A stretch of DNA of 64,000 nt from a virus: positions 72,573 through 136,572 of IMG/VR virus record IMGVR_UViG_3300020203_000008; one strand, given 5' to 3'. Under the pieces are notes generated by a model, which worked only from the letters and a program-made list of their open reading frames with translations, did not search any database and was not told the origin of the DNA. Both the position numbers and the translations under genes were made by a program. Position 1 is the first letter of the stretch. Each line of letters begins with the position of its first letter. Below are positions 10,347-19,073 of the stretch, piece after piece.

Positions 10347-10783
10347 TGGTAGATGTCAATGTTCCCAGACTTGGGAGAATGCTGAAAGGTCAGCAAGAGG
10401 ACAGGCGAGGCGAGATAGGGCGAGGCGCTGCTTTTCATGCTGGTAGGCATGAGCTTGAGGGCTTCATAGAGACGACCGGAGCAGGTGAAGTTCTGGTAGA
10501 TGTTCATTTCCCAGTTCGATTCATGGAGAAGCCGAACATGACATTTGGGGGCGAACTCACTCCAAATCAGGGAGCTGTTCTTGGCAATTTCCCCACCGTG
10601 AGTGTAGTAGTTGTGACGTGGGATCGTGAGGACCAGGTTGGTGGCTTTTACTACAATGGATGTTCATTGGGTATTGTAACCAGTGGGCCAACGGATATGA
10701 GAATGTTCGTTCACTGGAAGGCTTCAGGGAAAGCTTTCGTTAATCCGGTAAAACATGGCGGAACTTTGGGCGAGGCTATCTAA
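10346..10783 (+). CDS. Minor tail protein (putative)
   Basis: Beta-rich 145 aa in tail operon; translationally coupled. Confidence 0.55.
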   Translation: MVDVNVPRLGRMLKGQQEDRRGEIGRGAAFHAGRHELEGFIETTGAGEVLVDVHFPVRFMEKPNMTFGGELTPNQGAVLGNFPTVSVVVVTWDREDQVGGFYYNGCSLGIVTSGPTDMRMFVHWKASGKAFVNPVKHGGTLGEAI

Positions 10784-10854
10784 TTCTTGATTAGATGGTT
10801 GTAAGGGTCGATCTAAAATCAGGGCTCTAGTAAAGGGAATTAGGGGAATAAGTA

Positions 10855-12246
10855 ATGGCAGGCAACACATCACATTATCGTCTACAGAAACTAGCCCAGA
10901 GCGATTCATTCGACCTGAACGGTTATAAGTTCACTAATGCTGACCGGGATCAAATTGATAGGCTTCTCTATCAAGGAGCCGAAGGCCATCGACACACCGG
11001 TACTTCTACCAGTACGGCTACTCCGTCCACTGGGCCGTCAGCTACCGTATCAACTACTGGGGGCACGCTCAGTTCTGGGCTAACTATCTACTACAAATAT
11101 GCCCTTGTAGATATTTATGGAAATGAGACTGCTGCCTCTCCTGAAACAGTTGTCTCAACTATTGCTTCTCTGTTGCAACCTTCTTCTCCGACGATGACTA
11201 CTCAGACCACTGGTGGTACGCATCTACCGGGCAACTATTTTTACGTTCTGAGTGCCTTCACTGGAGCAAACACCAGTGAAACTAAAGCCCTCTCCCCGGC
11301 ATATATTACAGTGCCCGTTGGAACGAGTACGAACAAGGTTGTTCTAACTCTTCCAACTTTGCCATCCGGAGCTTCGGGATTCAATATATACAGGAAGGGA
11401 CCAGGAGATCTCTCTTACTTTTTCCTGGCGTCCCTGAATATAGGCGCTACTCCAGCTACAACCTATACTGATAACAATTCGGTCACAGAAGATTGCAACA
11501 GATCGTTGCCGACAAGCAACACAACTAATAATACCAACAAGGTTAGGATATCCTATCCTGGTACAACACCTACTATTCCGGCTGGCTATACCTGGAAAAT
11601 ATATCGAAGCTTTTCTAATGGTATCTGGGATAACACAACTCTCCATTGGGTTGTAGAAGAGACGAGTGTAGGATCCGGCATTATCGTCACTTATTACGAT
11701 GATGTTGGAAACTCGACATCGGGCGGTAGACCGCAGGATGCGACCATTTCGGTCGGGCAGCCAACTAAGATTCTACTAACCAATTCTACTGAAGTTCAGG
11801 GTTCCCTGCCGATGGGGAATGTAGCTGGCTTCCCGTTCGAAGTTACGTTTGCGTTTAGTGGTACTCTATCGGTCCAAACGGGTAAGTCGATTTGGATTTG
11901 TGAGTTTCCTAACTTTCAGGTTTTGACAGCTCGTGCTGTTCTGGGTTTGGGATCTACTCCTGCTTCTGCATCTGTGATTGTCGATGTTAATAAGATCAGT
12001 TTCGGGGCTACTCCGACCGCAGTAACCATGTTCGCTAATCAGGCATCTCGTCCGAGGGTTTTGGTGGGAGCGACTCGTGGTGCTACTGCTGCTCCTGATA
12101 GTCGATTTCTTCTAGTCGCTGGAGACGGAATCACCTGCGACGTGGACCAAGTAGGCGGCGGAGCTACACCTACTGATAATAACCTGACTATCCATATTTA
12201 TGGATTCGCATATGGATTCCCAACGACTAGTTGGGTTAACTCCTAA
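10855..12246 (+). CDS. Minor tail / fibre protein with Fn3-like repeats
   Basis: Thr/Ser/Gly-rich; repeated YYKYALVD-GNET-ASP / YFYVLSAF-SET-LSP and FNIYR / WKIYR modules. Confidence 0.7.
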   Translation: MAGNTSHYRLQKLAQSDSFDLNGYKFTNADRDQIDRLLYQGAEGHRHTGTSTSTATPSTGPSATVSTTGGTLSSGLTIYYKYALVDIYGNETAASPETVVSTIASLLQPSSPTMTTQTTGGTHLPGNYFYVLSAFTGANTSETKALSPAYITVPVGTSTNKVVLTLPTLPSGASGFNIYRKGPGDLSYFFLASLNIGATPATTYTDNNSVTEDCNRSLPTSNTTNNTNKVRISYPGTTPTIPAGYTWKIYRSFSNGIWDNTTLHWVVEETSVGSGIIVTYYDDVGNSTSGGRPQDATISVGQPTKILLTNSTEVQGSLPMGNVAGFPFEVTFAFSGTLSVQTGKSIWICEFPNFQVLTARAVLGLGSTPASASVIVDVNKISFGATPTAVTMFANQASRPRVLVGATRGATAAPDSRFLLVAGDGITCDVDQVGGGATPTDNNLTIHIYGFAYGFPTTSWVNS

Positions 12247-12257
12247 CGTAGGGGATT

Positions 12258-13283
12258 ATGGAAGTTAGAATTGTTCGTCCTAAAGTTCCTCAGGTACGCG
12301 TGCGGCAGGGTCCTTTCTCTACAAGTCCCCGTTCAGCGGTGACTTTGTTGAGTGAAGCGGTTCAATCTCCTGAGTTAGCTCATGTTTGGAAGATAGATCG
12401 ACTGGTTGTTAGCCTCCTAGATCCTGACAATGCTCTTGAGGTTAGCTCCCAAGAAATCAAGAGTGATAGTCGTGGTTCATTTTTCTTGTCTGCTTTCACG
12501 ACTAGCATGCGTATCTATAGGATGCCTGAGAGAGGCCCGACCTTACTCAATGATCCATTGCCGGATCCAGTAGGTAATCTGACTGGATACTTCACGATAG
12601 ATAAAGCAAATAATCTTCTCTATGCTACGGCTGGCACACAAGCTTTGACATCTGCTTCCATTTGGGAGTGCGATCTATCTACGGACACCTGGAGATTGAT
12701 TAGTGGAAGTATCTCTACGAGTGGATATGTGGAGGGATCCGATCCTAGATATTCTCAGCTTGGAGGGATTGTCAAAGCTGGTAATTTTTTGTATGTGGCA
12801 GATCAAGCTGGCAGGGTGATCCGTCGCGTCTCTTTAGCCGGACAGTCAACCATACACTATGGAGATATCCTCACGCCTCGTGGGTTTACTTATTTAGGTT
12901 ATGCTTATGATAATGTGTTTGCATCTAATGATGTAAACCTCATTAGAATTAATACAGATCTATCTGAAACTACTATTCCAATCTATGATACTGAGGATCC
13001 CATCCTCCTAAACTATAAGTACCAACTCATCTGGACGAATCCGGCTCCCGATTCAGCCGATTTTGGGTGGCCCTATAATGATTATGCTCCTACCGTGAAT
13101 GGTTTTGGCGTAGCTCAAGATCAGCTTCTTGTGACGGTACGTATGAGCTTCCCTAGTTATCCTAATTCTGTAGGAACCCTGGTACTTCAAAAATCTTTTG
13201 GCGCACCTGCTCGTGGTATGGATACAGCCAGTGATGGTACTCTTTATCTGGTCATGTCTCAGATTCCTGTCGATATCGCCTAA
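12258..13283 (+). CDS. Virion-associated beta-propeller (NHL-like) protein
   Basis: LYVAD-G-VIRRV and GMDTASDGTLYL NHL-like motifs; located in tail cluster. Confidence 0.55.
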   Translation: MEVRIVRPKVPQVRVRQGPFSTSPRSAVTLLSEAVQSPELAHVWKIDRLVVSLLDPDNALEVSSQEIKSDSRGSFFLSAFTTSMRIYRMPERGPTLLNDPLPDPVGNLTGYFTIDKANNLLYATAGTQALTSASIWECDLSTDTWRLISGSISTSGYVEGSDPRYSQLGGIVKAGNFLYVADQAGRVIRRVSLAGQSTIHYGDILTPRGFTYLGYAYDNVFASNDVNLIRINTDLSETTIPIYDTEDPILLNYKYQLIWTNPAPDSADFGWPYNDYAPTVNGFGVAQDQLLVTVRMSFPSYPNSVGTLVLQKSFGAPARGMDTASDGTLYLVMSQIPVDIA

Positions 13284-13300
13284 CTTTATAAGGAATCATT

Positions 13301-13633
13301 ATGGATCGATACTTTGATGCAAGTAATCAACCACTACCTGGGCCTACTAGGCTGGTTACTATCTCTGAGGCTAATGAAGTGCAATATTTCGTAGGACAGG
13401 GTTCTATCCCGGCGTATGACGGCATTGATCCAGTCCTGTTTTTTCCTATCCCCATAAACACTCCATATCCTCCTAATAATTTGGTACTCCCCATAGATCA
13501 GCCACCCACGCACACTAATGGGTCTAGCTTGGCAAGATTTCAGACTGATGTAACTGTAGGGTTGCAAGCTAGAGGTATTGTTTCCGTTCAGCGACAGCAA
13601 ATTAGAGTTCACAAAGTAGAAAGCGGAGTCTAG
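13301..13633 (+). CDS. Hypothetical tail-region protein
   Basis: AAGGA RBS, 110 aa, operon context. Confidence 0.5.
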   Translation: MDRYFDASNQPLPGPTRLVTISEANEVQYFVGQGSIPAYDGIDPVLFFPIPINTPYPPNNLVLPIDQPPTHTNGSSLARFQTDVTVGLQARGIVSVQRQQIRVHKVESGV

Positions 13634-13635
13634 AG

Positions 13636-14160
13636 ATGGCTGACTGGGATCCATTTATCGCATCAAACGCTCCGACCATCTGTCCTACGAGTGCTGAGTC
13701 AACTGGTGCTCAGGCCATATGTGATGGCAACATTCTTAGTAGTATTTGGGCAGTTGCCAACACGGCTGTCTACATTCCGTTTGTTGTCTACCAGTCATTT
13801 ATGGTTGTGAAGTTGAGTGTCTGGAATGGAACAGTTGTTGCCGGTAACTTTGACTTGGGTGTGTATGATGATCAGAAGAACAGGCTGGTTTCTTCTGGTT
13901 CTACGGCTCAGGCTGGTACATCTGTTATTCAGACAGTAGATGTCACCGATGTATTGCTATTGCCTGGTCAGTATTATATGGCGTGTGTTGCTAATGGGAT
14001 TAGCGGTCGATACTTTAAGTACACATCTGTTGCTTCTGTCCAGGGGTCATGGGGAGTTCTGAGTCAGACCTCTGCGTTCCCGCTGCCTACTACGGCTAAT
14101 TGGGTACGTAACACGATGGAGGCTCCAATAATGATGGTTCACCAAAGGACGACAAACTAA
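13636..14160 (+). CDS. Minor structural protein (paralog of the next gene)
   Basis: Shares W-AN-YIPF, NGT-VAGN-D-G-Y, RLVS-GSTAQ-G, L-PG-YYMA with 14160-14687. Confidence 0.65.
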   Translation: MADWDPFIASNAPTICPTSAESTGAQAICDGNILSSIWAVANTAVYIPFVVYQSFMVVKLSVWNGTVVAGNFDLGVYDDQKNRLVSSGSTAQAGTSVIQTVDVTDVLLLPGQYYMACVANGISGRYFKYTSVASVQGSWGVLSQTSAFPLPTTANWVRNTMEAPIMMVHQRTTN

Positions 14161-14687
14161 TGAGTGACTGGCCAACTATCTTTTCTCACAACAGCACGAT
14201 CAATTCTTCTTCACAGGAAGTGCCGATAGCCTTTGTGTTCGGTAGCGCTTCTAGTGCCTGGCCATCGGCTAACCGAGGTATCTTTGTGCCGTTTAATCTT
14301 CGCGCTCCTTTTCTTGTGCAGAGATTATTCTGGCTCAATGGAACCTCGGTCGCAGGTAATGTTGATTGTGGTATTTATATGACTACGAATCCGGGTAATT
14401 GCACAAGGCTGGTGAGCACAGGAAGTACGGCTCAGTCGGGAGGGACAGCCATCCAGGCTGTCAATATTACTCCTCTTTTGCTACAGCCAGGTGGCTATTA
14501 CATGGCTCTATCAGTTTCTACTACTTCGGCAACCATTAGGACAAGAGGATCTAACGTGGTGGCTTGCCAGGCTGCTGGGATCGTACAAGCACCGTCCATG
14601 GTGCCACTGACCACGAATCCAACGCTGGAAGCTCCGGTCTCCAATTATCTGCCATTGTTTGGCCTAACCTCAGCATTAGTGATTTAA
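14160..14687 (+). CDS. Minor structural protein (paralog of the previous gene)
   Basis: Collinear motifs with 13636-14160; TAATG coupling. Confidence 0.65.
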   Translation: MSDWPTIFSHNSTINSSSQEVPIAFVFGSASSAWPSANRGIFVPFNLRAPFLVQRLFWLNGTSVAGNVDCGIYMTTNPGNCTRLVSTGSTAQSGGTAIQAVNITPLLLQPGGYYMALSVSTTSATIRTRGSNVVACQAAGIVQAPSMVPLTTNPTLEAPVSNYLPLFGLTSALVI

Positions 14688-14706
14688 GGATTAGAAGGAT
14701 TAGAAT

Positions 14707-15063
14707 ATGGCTGTAACTGCATCTGCTTCAGGAACTCAGACCGCAGAAGTGACGACAGAACATCAGTTGGCAGATACTTATGTCGCTGGAACTTATACGT
14801 TCCATGTTGATACGGTTAACCTGGCGGCGGGAGATGTTGTTGAGCTGAGAATTTACCAAATGATCTTGAACGGTGGAACCGCTAGGGTCATCTACTCAAC
14901 CAGATATGCAGGCGCTCAGCCTACCGACGATCTCATTAAGGTTAGCGTACCTGTTAGTAGCGAGCTAGGTTCTGCCTCGCCAAGCGTAGCGCTGCGATTC
15001 AGCTTGAAGCAGACTTTCGGGACTTCCAGGAACTTTCCTTGGAAGGTACTTAAGTACGCCTGA
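14707..15063 (+). CDS. Minor structural protein
   Basis: Beta-rich 118 aa with RBS; tail cluster. Confidence 0.55.
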   Translation: MAVTASASGTQTAEVTTEHQLADTYVAGTYTFHVDTVNLAAGDVVELRIYQMILNGGTARVIYSTRYAGAQPTDDLIKVSVPVSSELGSASPSVALRFSLKQTFGTSRNFPWKVLKYA

Positions 15064-16655
15064 TGGCATCTGCGTCGACCCGCCATATTGAAGTTCTCTT
15101 ACCTACTATAGCCGGATTGGTTAATCCAACTGTAGTAATAGCTACAAGCGCGGTTGGTTCTCCAGCGATTCAGACTAGTTCCACGGTTGTTGTCTCCACT
15201 GTTACTGCTGTTGCGGCGGTGGGGGTTGCTACAGTAGAGACTGGTACTCCAGCTACAGTTAATGCAACGGCGGTGAGTGCTGTTGCTGCGGTTGGAACGG
15301 TAACTATCACGACATCAGCCCTTGTGACTGCCGTTGTGGTGTCTCGTTCTGTGGCGGTAGGTGTACCTACAATCTCCACTATTACTTCTTCTCCAGTAAA
15401 TGTTGCTTGCGGGGTGTTCAGTAAATCCACATCCGCTGCTCCAGTGTCGCAATCTGTTACGCTTGGGTTTCAGCCCAAAGCGGTATTTCTGTGGTCTGAT
15501 AGTACGACCGTTGATGACACTCTAGCCACTAATGGCATGTTCACGGTGGGTATTACATCCTCTGTTACAGACTCTATCGCCGTGTGTAATTATGCACCTA
15601 ATGGGAGCAACTCGATCAACCGGCATAAGACACATGGAGATAGCAAGCTTATTGTTTTCAGGACAACAACAATTCTAGCAGAAGCCAGCCTGACATCTTT
15701 TAATGTAGATGGATTCACTATGTCGTGGACCACCAATAATGCCACGGCATACCGGATTAACTATATAGCCTTTGGCGGCGATGACGTTACTGCCCAGATG
15801 GTGAAATGGTATCCCACCGACAATATCGAGCAGTTCTCTGTTACTGGGGTGGGCTTCCAGCCTGATGCACTTCTTAATGTCAACAGTTATGTCAACTTTG
15901 ATGGAGGATCTCTTCCCCGCACTGTCACGGGAATCAACTTCGGGATTGGGGCAGCTTCGCCTTCAGGGCAATTTACCACTTACATGGGGGAGACGACGGG
16001 CTTCGGGGGCAACGAGGTTTCTTATTCTAGGTTCATTGATGATGGTTTCGTAAGCTTCAATGGATTTTTGGGGGGAACAGAGAGTTGTAGAATTGCCCTT
16101 GTCTCAATGGATGTAGACGGATTTACGGTGAATGCTACGAAAGTGGGCACCGGAGCCATTGAATTATACGCATTAGCGTTAAAATTTGATTCTGGGTCTA
16201 TAGAAGTAGGAAACTTCCAGAAATCCACATCCTCTGCTCCAGCTACACAGAATTTGTCTAGCGTGGTCATCTCTCCAGATTCTATGTTCTTTGTTGGGGA
16301 TAAAGTTACGACGCCAGATACCGATGTAGCTAACGCTCATCTCTATGTGGGTTCAGGGGATGATGCTGCTCAAGTGAGTACTGCTTGGGGGGCCAGGAAT
16401 GGGACGAATCCATCTGAAGTTAAGTCGATCAGTGGGGGCACTAAAGCTATTACTGTTAATGATGGCACTAATATGGGTGTCGCTGATGCTAAAGCTTCGC
16501 TATCTCTAGCGTCAGCGATTCCGGTTCTCACTTGGGACCCCAACTCATCTAATGCCGTTAATATGGGTTATATGGCATTCCAGTTCGGCGTGGAGTCTGG
16601 TGGCGGTGGGGGATCTGGCAATGCTGTCTTGACTCCTGGCTTCATTCCACTCTGA
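15063..16655 (+). CDS. Tail fibre / receptor-binding-like protein
   Basis: N-terminal V/A/T repeats (AVG-PT); repeated GFQPKA/GFQPDA and S-DVDGFT modules. Confidence 0.6.
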   Translation: MASASTRHIEVLLPTIAGLVNPTVVIATSAVGSPAIQTSSTVVVSTVTAVAAVGVATVETGTPATVNATAVSAVAAVGTVTITTSALVTAVVVSRSVAVGVPTISTITSSPVNVACGVFSKSTSAAPVSQSVTLGFQPKAVFLWSDSTTVDDTLATNGMFTVGITSSVTDSIAVCNYAPNGSNSINRHKTHGDSKLIVFRTTTILAEASLTSFNVDGFTMSWTTNNATAYRINYIAFGGDDVTAQMVKWYPTDNIEQFSVTGVGFQPDALLNVNSYVNFDGGSLPRTVTGINFGIGAASPSGQFTTYMGETTGFGGNEVSYSRFIDDGFVSFNGFLGGTESCRIALVSMDVDGFTVNATKVGTGAIELYALALKFDSGSIEVGNFQKSTSSAPATQNLSSVVISPDSMFFVGDKVTTPDTDVANAHLYVGSGDDAAQVSTAWGARNGTNPSEVKSISGGTKAITVNDGTNMGVADAKASLSLASAIPVLTWDPNSSNAVNMGYMAFQFGVESGGGGGSGNAVLTPGFIPL

Positions 16656-16689
16656 TTTATGTCGATATGTTCGTGACCTAAGGAGTCAC

Positions 16690-16875
16690 ATGGGACAGAT
16701 CCGTAAGCAGAGAAAAGTCGAGAAAAAGGTTGAGTCTGTAGCGGAACCGGTCGAAGCCAAGGACAGTACTGCCCTTAAAGCTGAAATGGATGCACTCCTA
16801 GATGAGATTGATTCAGTCCTAGAGGAAAATGCAGCGGAGTTTGTTAAAGGCTACATTCAAAAAGGGGGGGAATGA
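16690..16875 (+). CDS. pup: Prokaryotic ubiquitin-like protein Pup (C-terminal GGE)
   Basis: C-terminus DALLDEIDSVLEENAAEFVKGYIQKGGE matches the Pup signature (LLDEID-VLEENA--FV--YVQKGG[Q/E]); 61 aa; AAGGAG RBS. Confidence 0.92.
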   Translation: MGQIRKQRKVEKKVESVAEPVEAKDSTALKAEMDALLDEIDSVLEENAAEFVKGYIQKGGE

Positions 16876-17087
16876 ACGAAGAAGACGAGCTACTTCGCAA
16901 GCTGGACGAAGAAATGCAGGATCGCAAGGTCATCTCCCTCATCCTCCGAGAGGGGCAGCCGGTGGAGGTCGAAAATGGAGGGCTTCCAGCCGATACTGTA
17001 TTAGCAACACTATTTAAGGCTCTACTTTTCCTGGTCTTGGATGATTATATGGATGAAGACGAAATCCTTTACGAGGAAGAAGACTAG
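16872..17087 (+). CDS. Small acidic hypothetical protein
   Basis: ATGA overlap with pup stop; very acidic termini. Confidence 0.6.
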   Translation: MNEEDELLRKLDEEMQDRKVISLILREGQPVEVENGGLPADTVLATLFKALLFLVLDDYMDEDEILYEEED

Positions 17088-17101
17088 GGAAGAAGAGAGC
17101 G

Positions 17102-17290
17102 GTGAACAAAATCGCCATCCAGAGGGCTAATGGGATTACCAGAATTGGGATTCTCTGTGAAGGTCATACCTCCGATGCGATTGGAATTCTCGTTAAAGCG
17201 GGTAAGGAATACCGGATACGAGAGTACGACGGGCCTCAAATCTGTGAAGCCTGTGGACAAACAGACTATCTCCATGTGGAGGAGGGTTAA
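17102..17290 (+). CDS. Small putative Zn-binding protein
   Basis: C-x2-H and C-x2-C motifs; coupled to the holin gene. Confidence 0.5.
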   Translation: MNKIAIQRANGITRIGILCEGHTSDAIGILVKAGKEYRIREYDGPQICEACGQTDYLHVEEG

Positions 17291-17631
17291 TGAATTCGAT
17301 TGTAAAGCTTGATGTTGGTTTCTTGGCCATCGTTGCGGGTACGTTCATTCCGATCGTGGTCGCATTGGTAACCAAGTGGAAGACATCTTCAGGAGTCAAG
17401 GCTGTCGTTAATGGTTTACTAGCCGCTGTAGCCGGTGCTGTCGCTGTCGCTACCCAGGCTAATGGAGTCGTTAACGTCAGGAATACGGTAGGGGCTATTG
17501 CTCTAGCGTGGTTGACTTCTGTTGCCACCTACTATGGCCTTTGGAAGCCAACTGGAATTGCTAATGCAGTTGGTGAGAAGACCCAGAACGTGGGTATTGG
17601 TTCGAATCAATCCGGTATTCCGGGGGCATAA
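17290..17631 (+). CDS. Holin (actinophage-type)
   Basis: Three hydrophobic helices; P-VALVTK ... ATYYGLWKPTG motif typical of actinophage holins. Confidence 0.75.
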   Translation: MNSIVKLDVGFLAIVAGTFIPIVVALVTKWKTSSGVKAVVNGLLAAVAGAVAVATQANGVVNVRNTVGAIALAWLTSVATYYGLWKPTGIANAVGEKTQNVGIGSNQSGIPGA

Positions 17632-17633
17632 TT

Positions 17634-17900
17634 GTGGACCGGCTAAAGTCGGGCACGGCAGGATGGGTCCTTCTCACCGCATTAGTGTTGAGTTGGGACT
17701 ACGGAGTAGGTATGCGGGCGGGGGGAGAAACTCTCTCTTCCAGTTTTGCTAGAGCCACTCGCCATCCCCGTGCCCGATGGCCGGTTATATCTATGTGGGT
17801 TATCATAACGGCTCATTTGTTTGAACGGTTGCCAGAGATGGTTGATCCATTTCATCATATGGCAAAAGTAGTCAGCACGCGGGGGGCGGGGCGTGAGTGA
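17634..17900 (+). CDS. Membrane protein
   Basis: Two hydrophobic segments; GETLS...HL...DPF pattern seen in actinophage lysis-region proteins. Confidence 0.6.
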   Translation: MDRLKSGTAGWVLLTALVLSWDYGVGMRAGGETLSSSFARATRHPRARWPVISMWVIITAHLFERLPEMVDPFHHMAKVVSTRGAGRE

Positions 17901-18106
17901 ACAAATTTCGAACACCCCGGAATATACATTGGCCGAGGTTGACCAGGGATGGGATTATCTTCATCCTGGGCGTCCTCATGATCGGTTCGCAGACGGTTCA
18001 CTCCCTCTCAGGGGAGTCGGCGGACGCACAGATCGTGACGGGTGGGATCGCACTGATCCTCGCTCCAGGGATTCTGCACGCAGGCTCGAAGAAGCGGGAC
18101 GAGTGA
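17897..18106 (+). CDS. Small two-TM membrane protein
   Basis: GTGA overlap; two hydrophobic helices; basic tail. Confidence 0.55.
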   Translation: MNKFRTPRNIHWPRLTRDGIIFILGVLMIGSQTVHSLSGESADAQIVTGGIALILAPGILHAGSKKRDE

Positions 18107-18231
18107 GGACCGAGGTGGGCGGTCCCGCTCTAGTCAAGGTCGTCAAGAGATTCCGTATCGAGATCATCTACGTCATTGTTGCGGGGACAATCGTTGCCTG
18201 CACTCCCCTGATCCAGCGGGTAGTCGGATGA
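18103..18231 (+). CDS. Small single-TM protein
   Basis: GTGA overlap with previous stop and ATGA with next start; IIYVIVAGTIVAC helix. Confidence 0.45.
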   Translation: MRTEVGGPALVKVVKRFRIEIIYVIVAGTIVACTPLIQRVVG

Positions 18232-18572
18232 GTCTGAGCCTGATCAAGAAGTTGACCCCTTACTTCTTTGTGGTGGTCGTCTCGATCGGCCTCATCGGTC
18301 AGATCCAGTTCAACGCCGACCGGAACGCGAGGGAGATACGAGATCGTATTCAATCAAAGTGCATCTCCATCCAGTCGAACTGGGACACGATTACCCGCAT
18401 CCTCCTGACCGGACCCGACGACCCGCTTGTGATCCCGCCCGAGGTTGCGCCGGAAGTGCCCGAGTCGACGGTCGTGCTCATCGAGGAGATCCTCACCCAG
18501 GCAAACGACCGGGCCAACGCCCAGAAGCGCGAATCGCAGGAGAAGCTCGGACCACGACCGGGGTGCCCATGA
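18228..18572 (+). CDS. Membrane-anchored protein (lysis cassette)
   Basis: N-terminal TM, two Cys (one near C-terminus), helical body. Confidence 0.55.
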   Translation: MSLSLIKKLTPYFFVVVVSIGLIGQIQFNADRNAREIRDRIQSKCISIQSNWDTITRILLTGPDDPLVIPPEVAPEVPESTVVLIEEILTQANDRANAQKRESQEKLGPRPGCP

Positions 18573-18752
18573 CCGTTCTCGAATTTATCTTAAACTCAAA
18601 TTAACAAACCAGTGAGAGCAATTAGCGAAAATTTTCCTGGTGCCGTCAAGCAAATCAAGAAAATCTGAGCAGAAATCCTTGCAACGGTACGGCTAGAGGC
18701 GTAGAACCTCACTACCGCCTGAGGGCGGGATAACCGAACGTATTAGTCGGGA

Positions 18753-19025
18753 GTGTTCGTGGGGCAGCCTTCTACGCTTGATGCTAGGTCTTTGACGCTT
18801 GCAGACGCGATCAGATACCTGAGGGAGAAGCGGGGCTTCAGTGCCCGATCTCTCAGCCTTAAGGCTGGAGTGAGTCCCTCCTATGTTGGGAAGCTGGAAT
18901 CAGGCGAGATTGAACCTTCTGTGAGAGTGTTCGCAAGAATCGCTTTGGTTCTCGGTATGTCCCAACCGGAGATCTTTTTCTGTGTCGTGCAGGAAGGGCT
19001 CCGCGACCTCCCGACTAATGCTTGA
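18753..19025 (+). CDS. XRE-family HTH transcriptional regulator
   Basis: IRYLREKRGFSARSLSLKAGVSPSYVGKLESGEIEPS HTH_3 signature. Confidence 0.88.
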   Translation: MFVGQPSTLDARSLTLADAIRYLREKRGFSARSLSLKAGVSPSYVGKLESGEIEPSVRVFARIALVLGMSQPEIFFCVVQEGLRDLPTNA

Positions 19026-19050
19026 TACTGTCCCACCCTCATGTTATTGT
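19022..19050 (+). promoter_or_regulatory. SigA-type promoter for the replication operon
   Basis: TTGATA-N17-TATTGT with extended -10 TG, 23 nt upstream of the 19074 ATG. Confidence 0.55.
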
Positions 19051-19073
19051 TCTAAGATATTAGGCCGGAGGGC

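Noticed and set aside
17893-18231. 112-aa ORF as a single gene
   Set aside because: Better explained by 17897-18106 plus a GTG start at 18103, both with 4-nt stop/start overlaps and TM helices
18679-18707. TTGCAA-N17-TAGAAC promoter
   Set aside because: The -10 element lacks the conserved final T; too weak to call
18753-19025. XRE gene as a lysogeny repressor
   Set aside because: Co-oriented with replication genes, no peptidase domain, no divergent partner or integrase in the window
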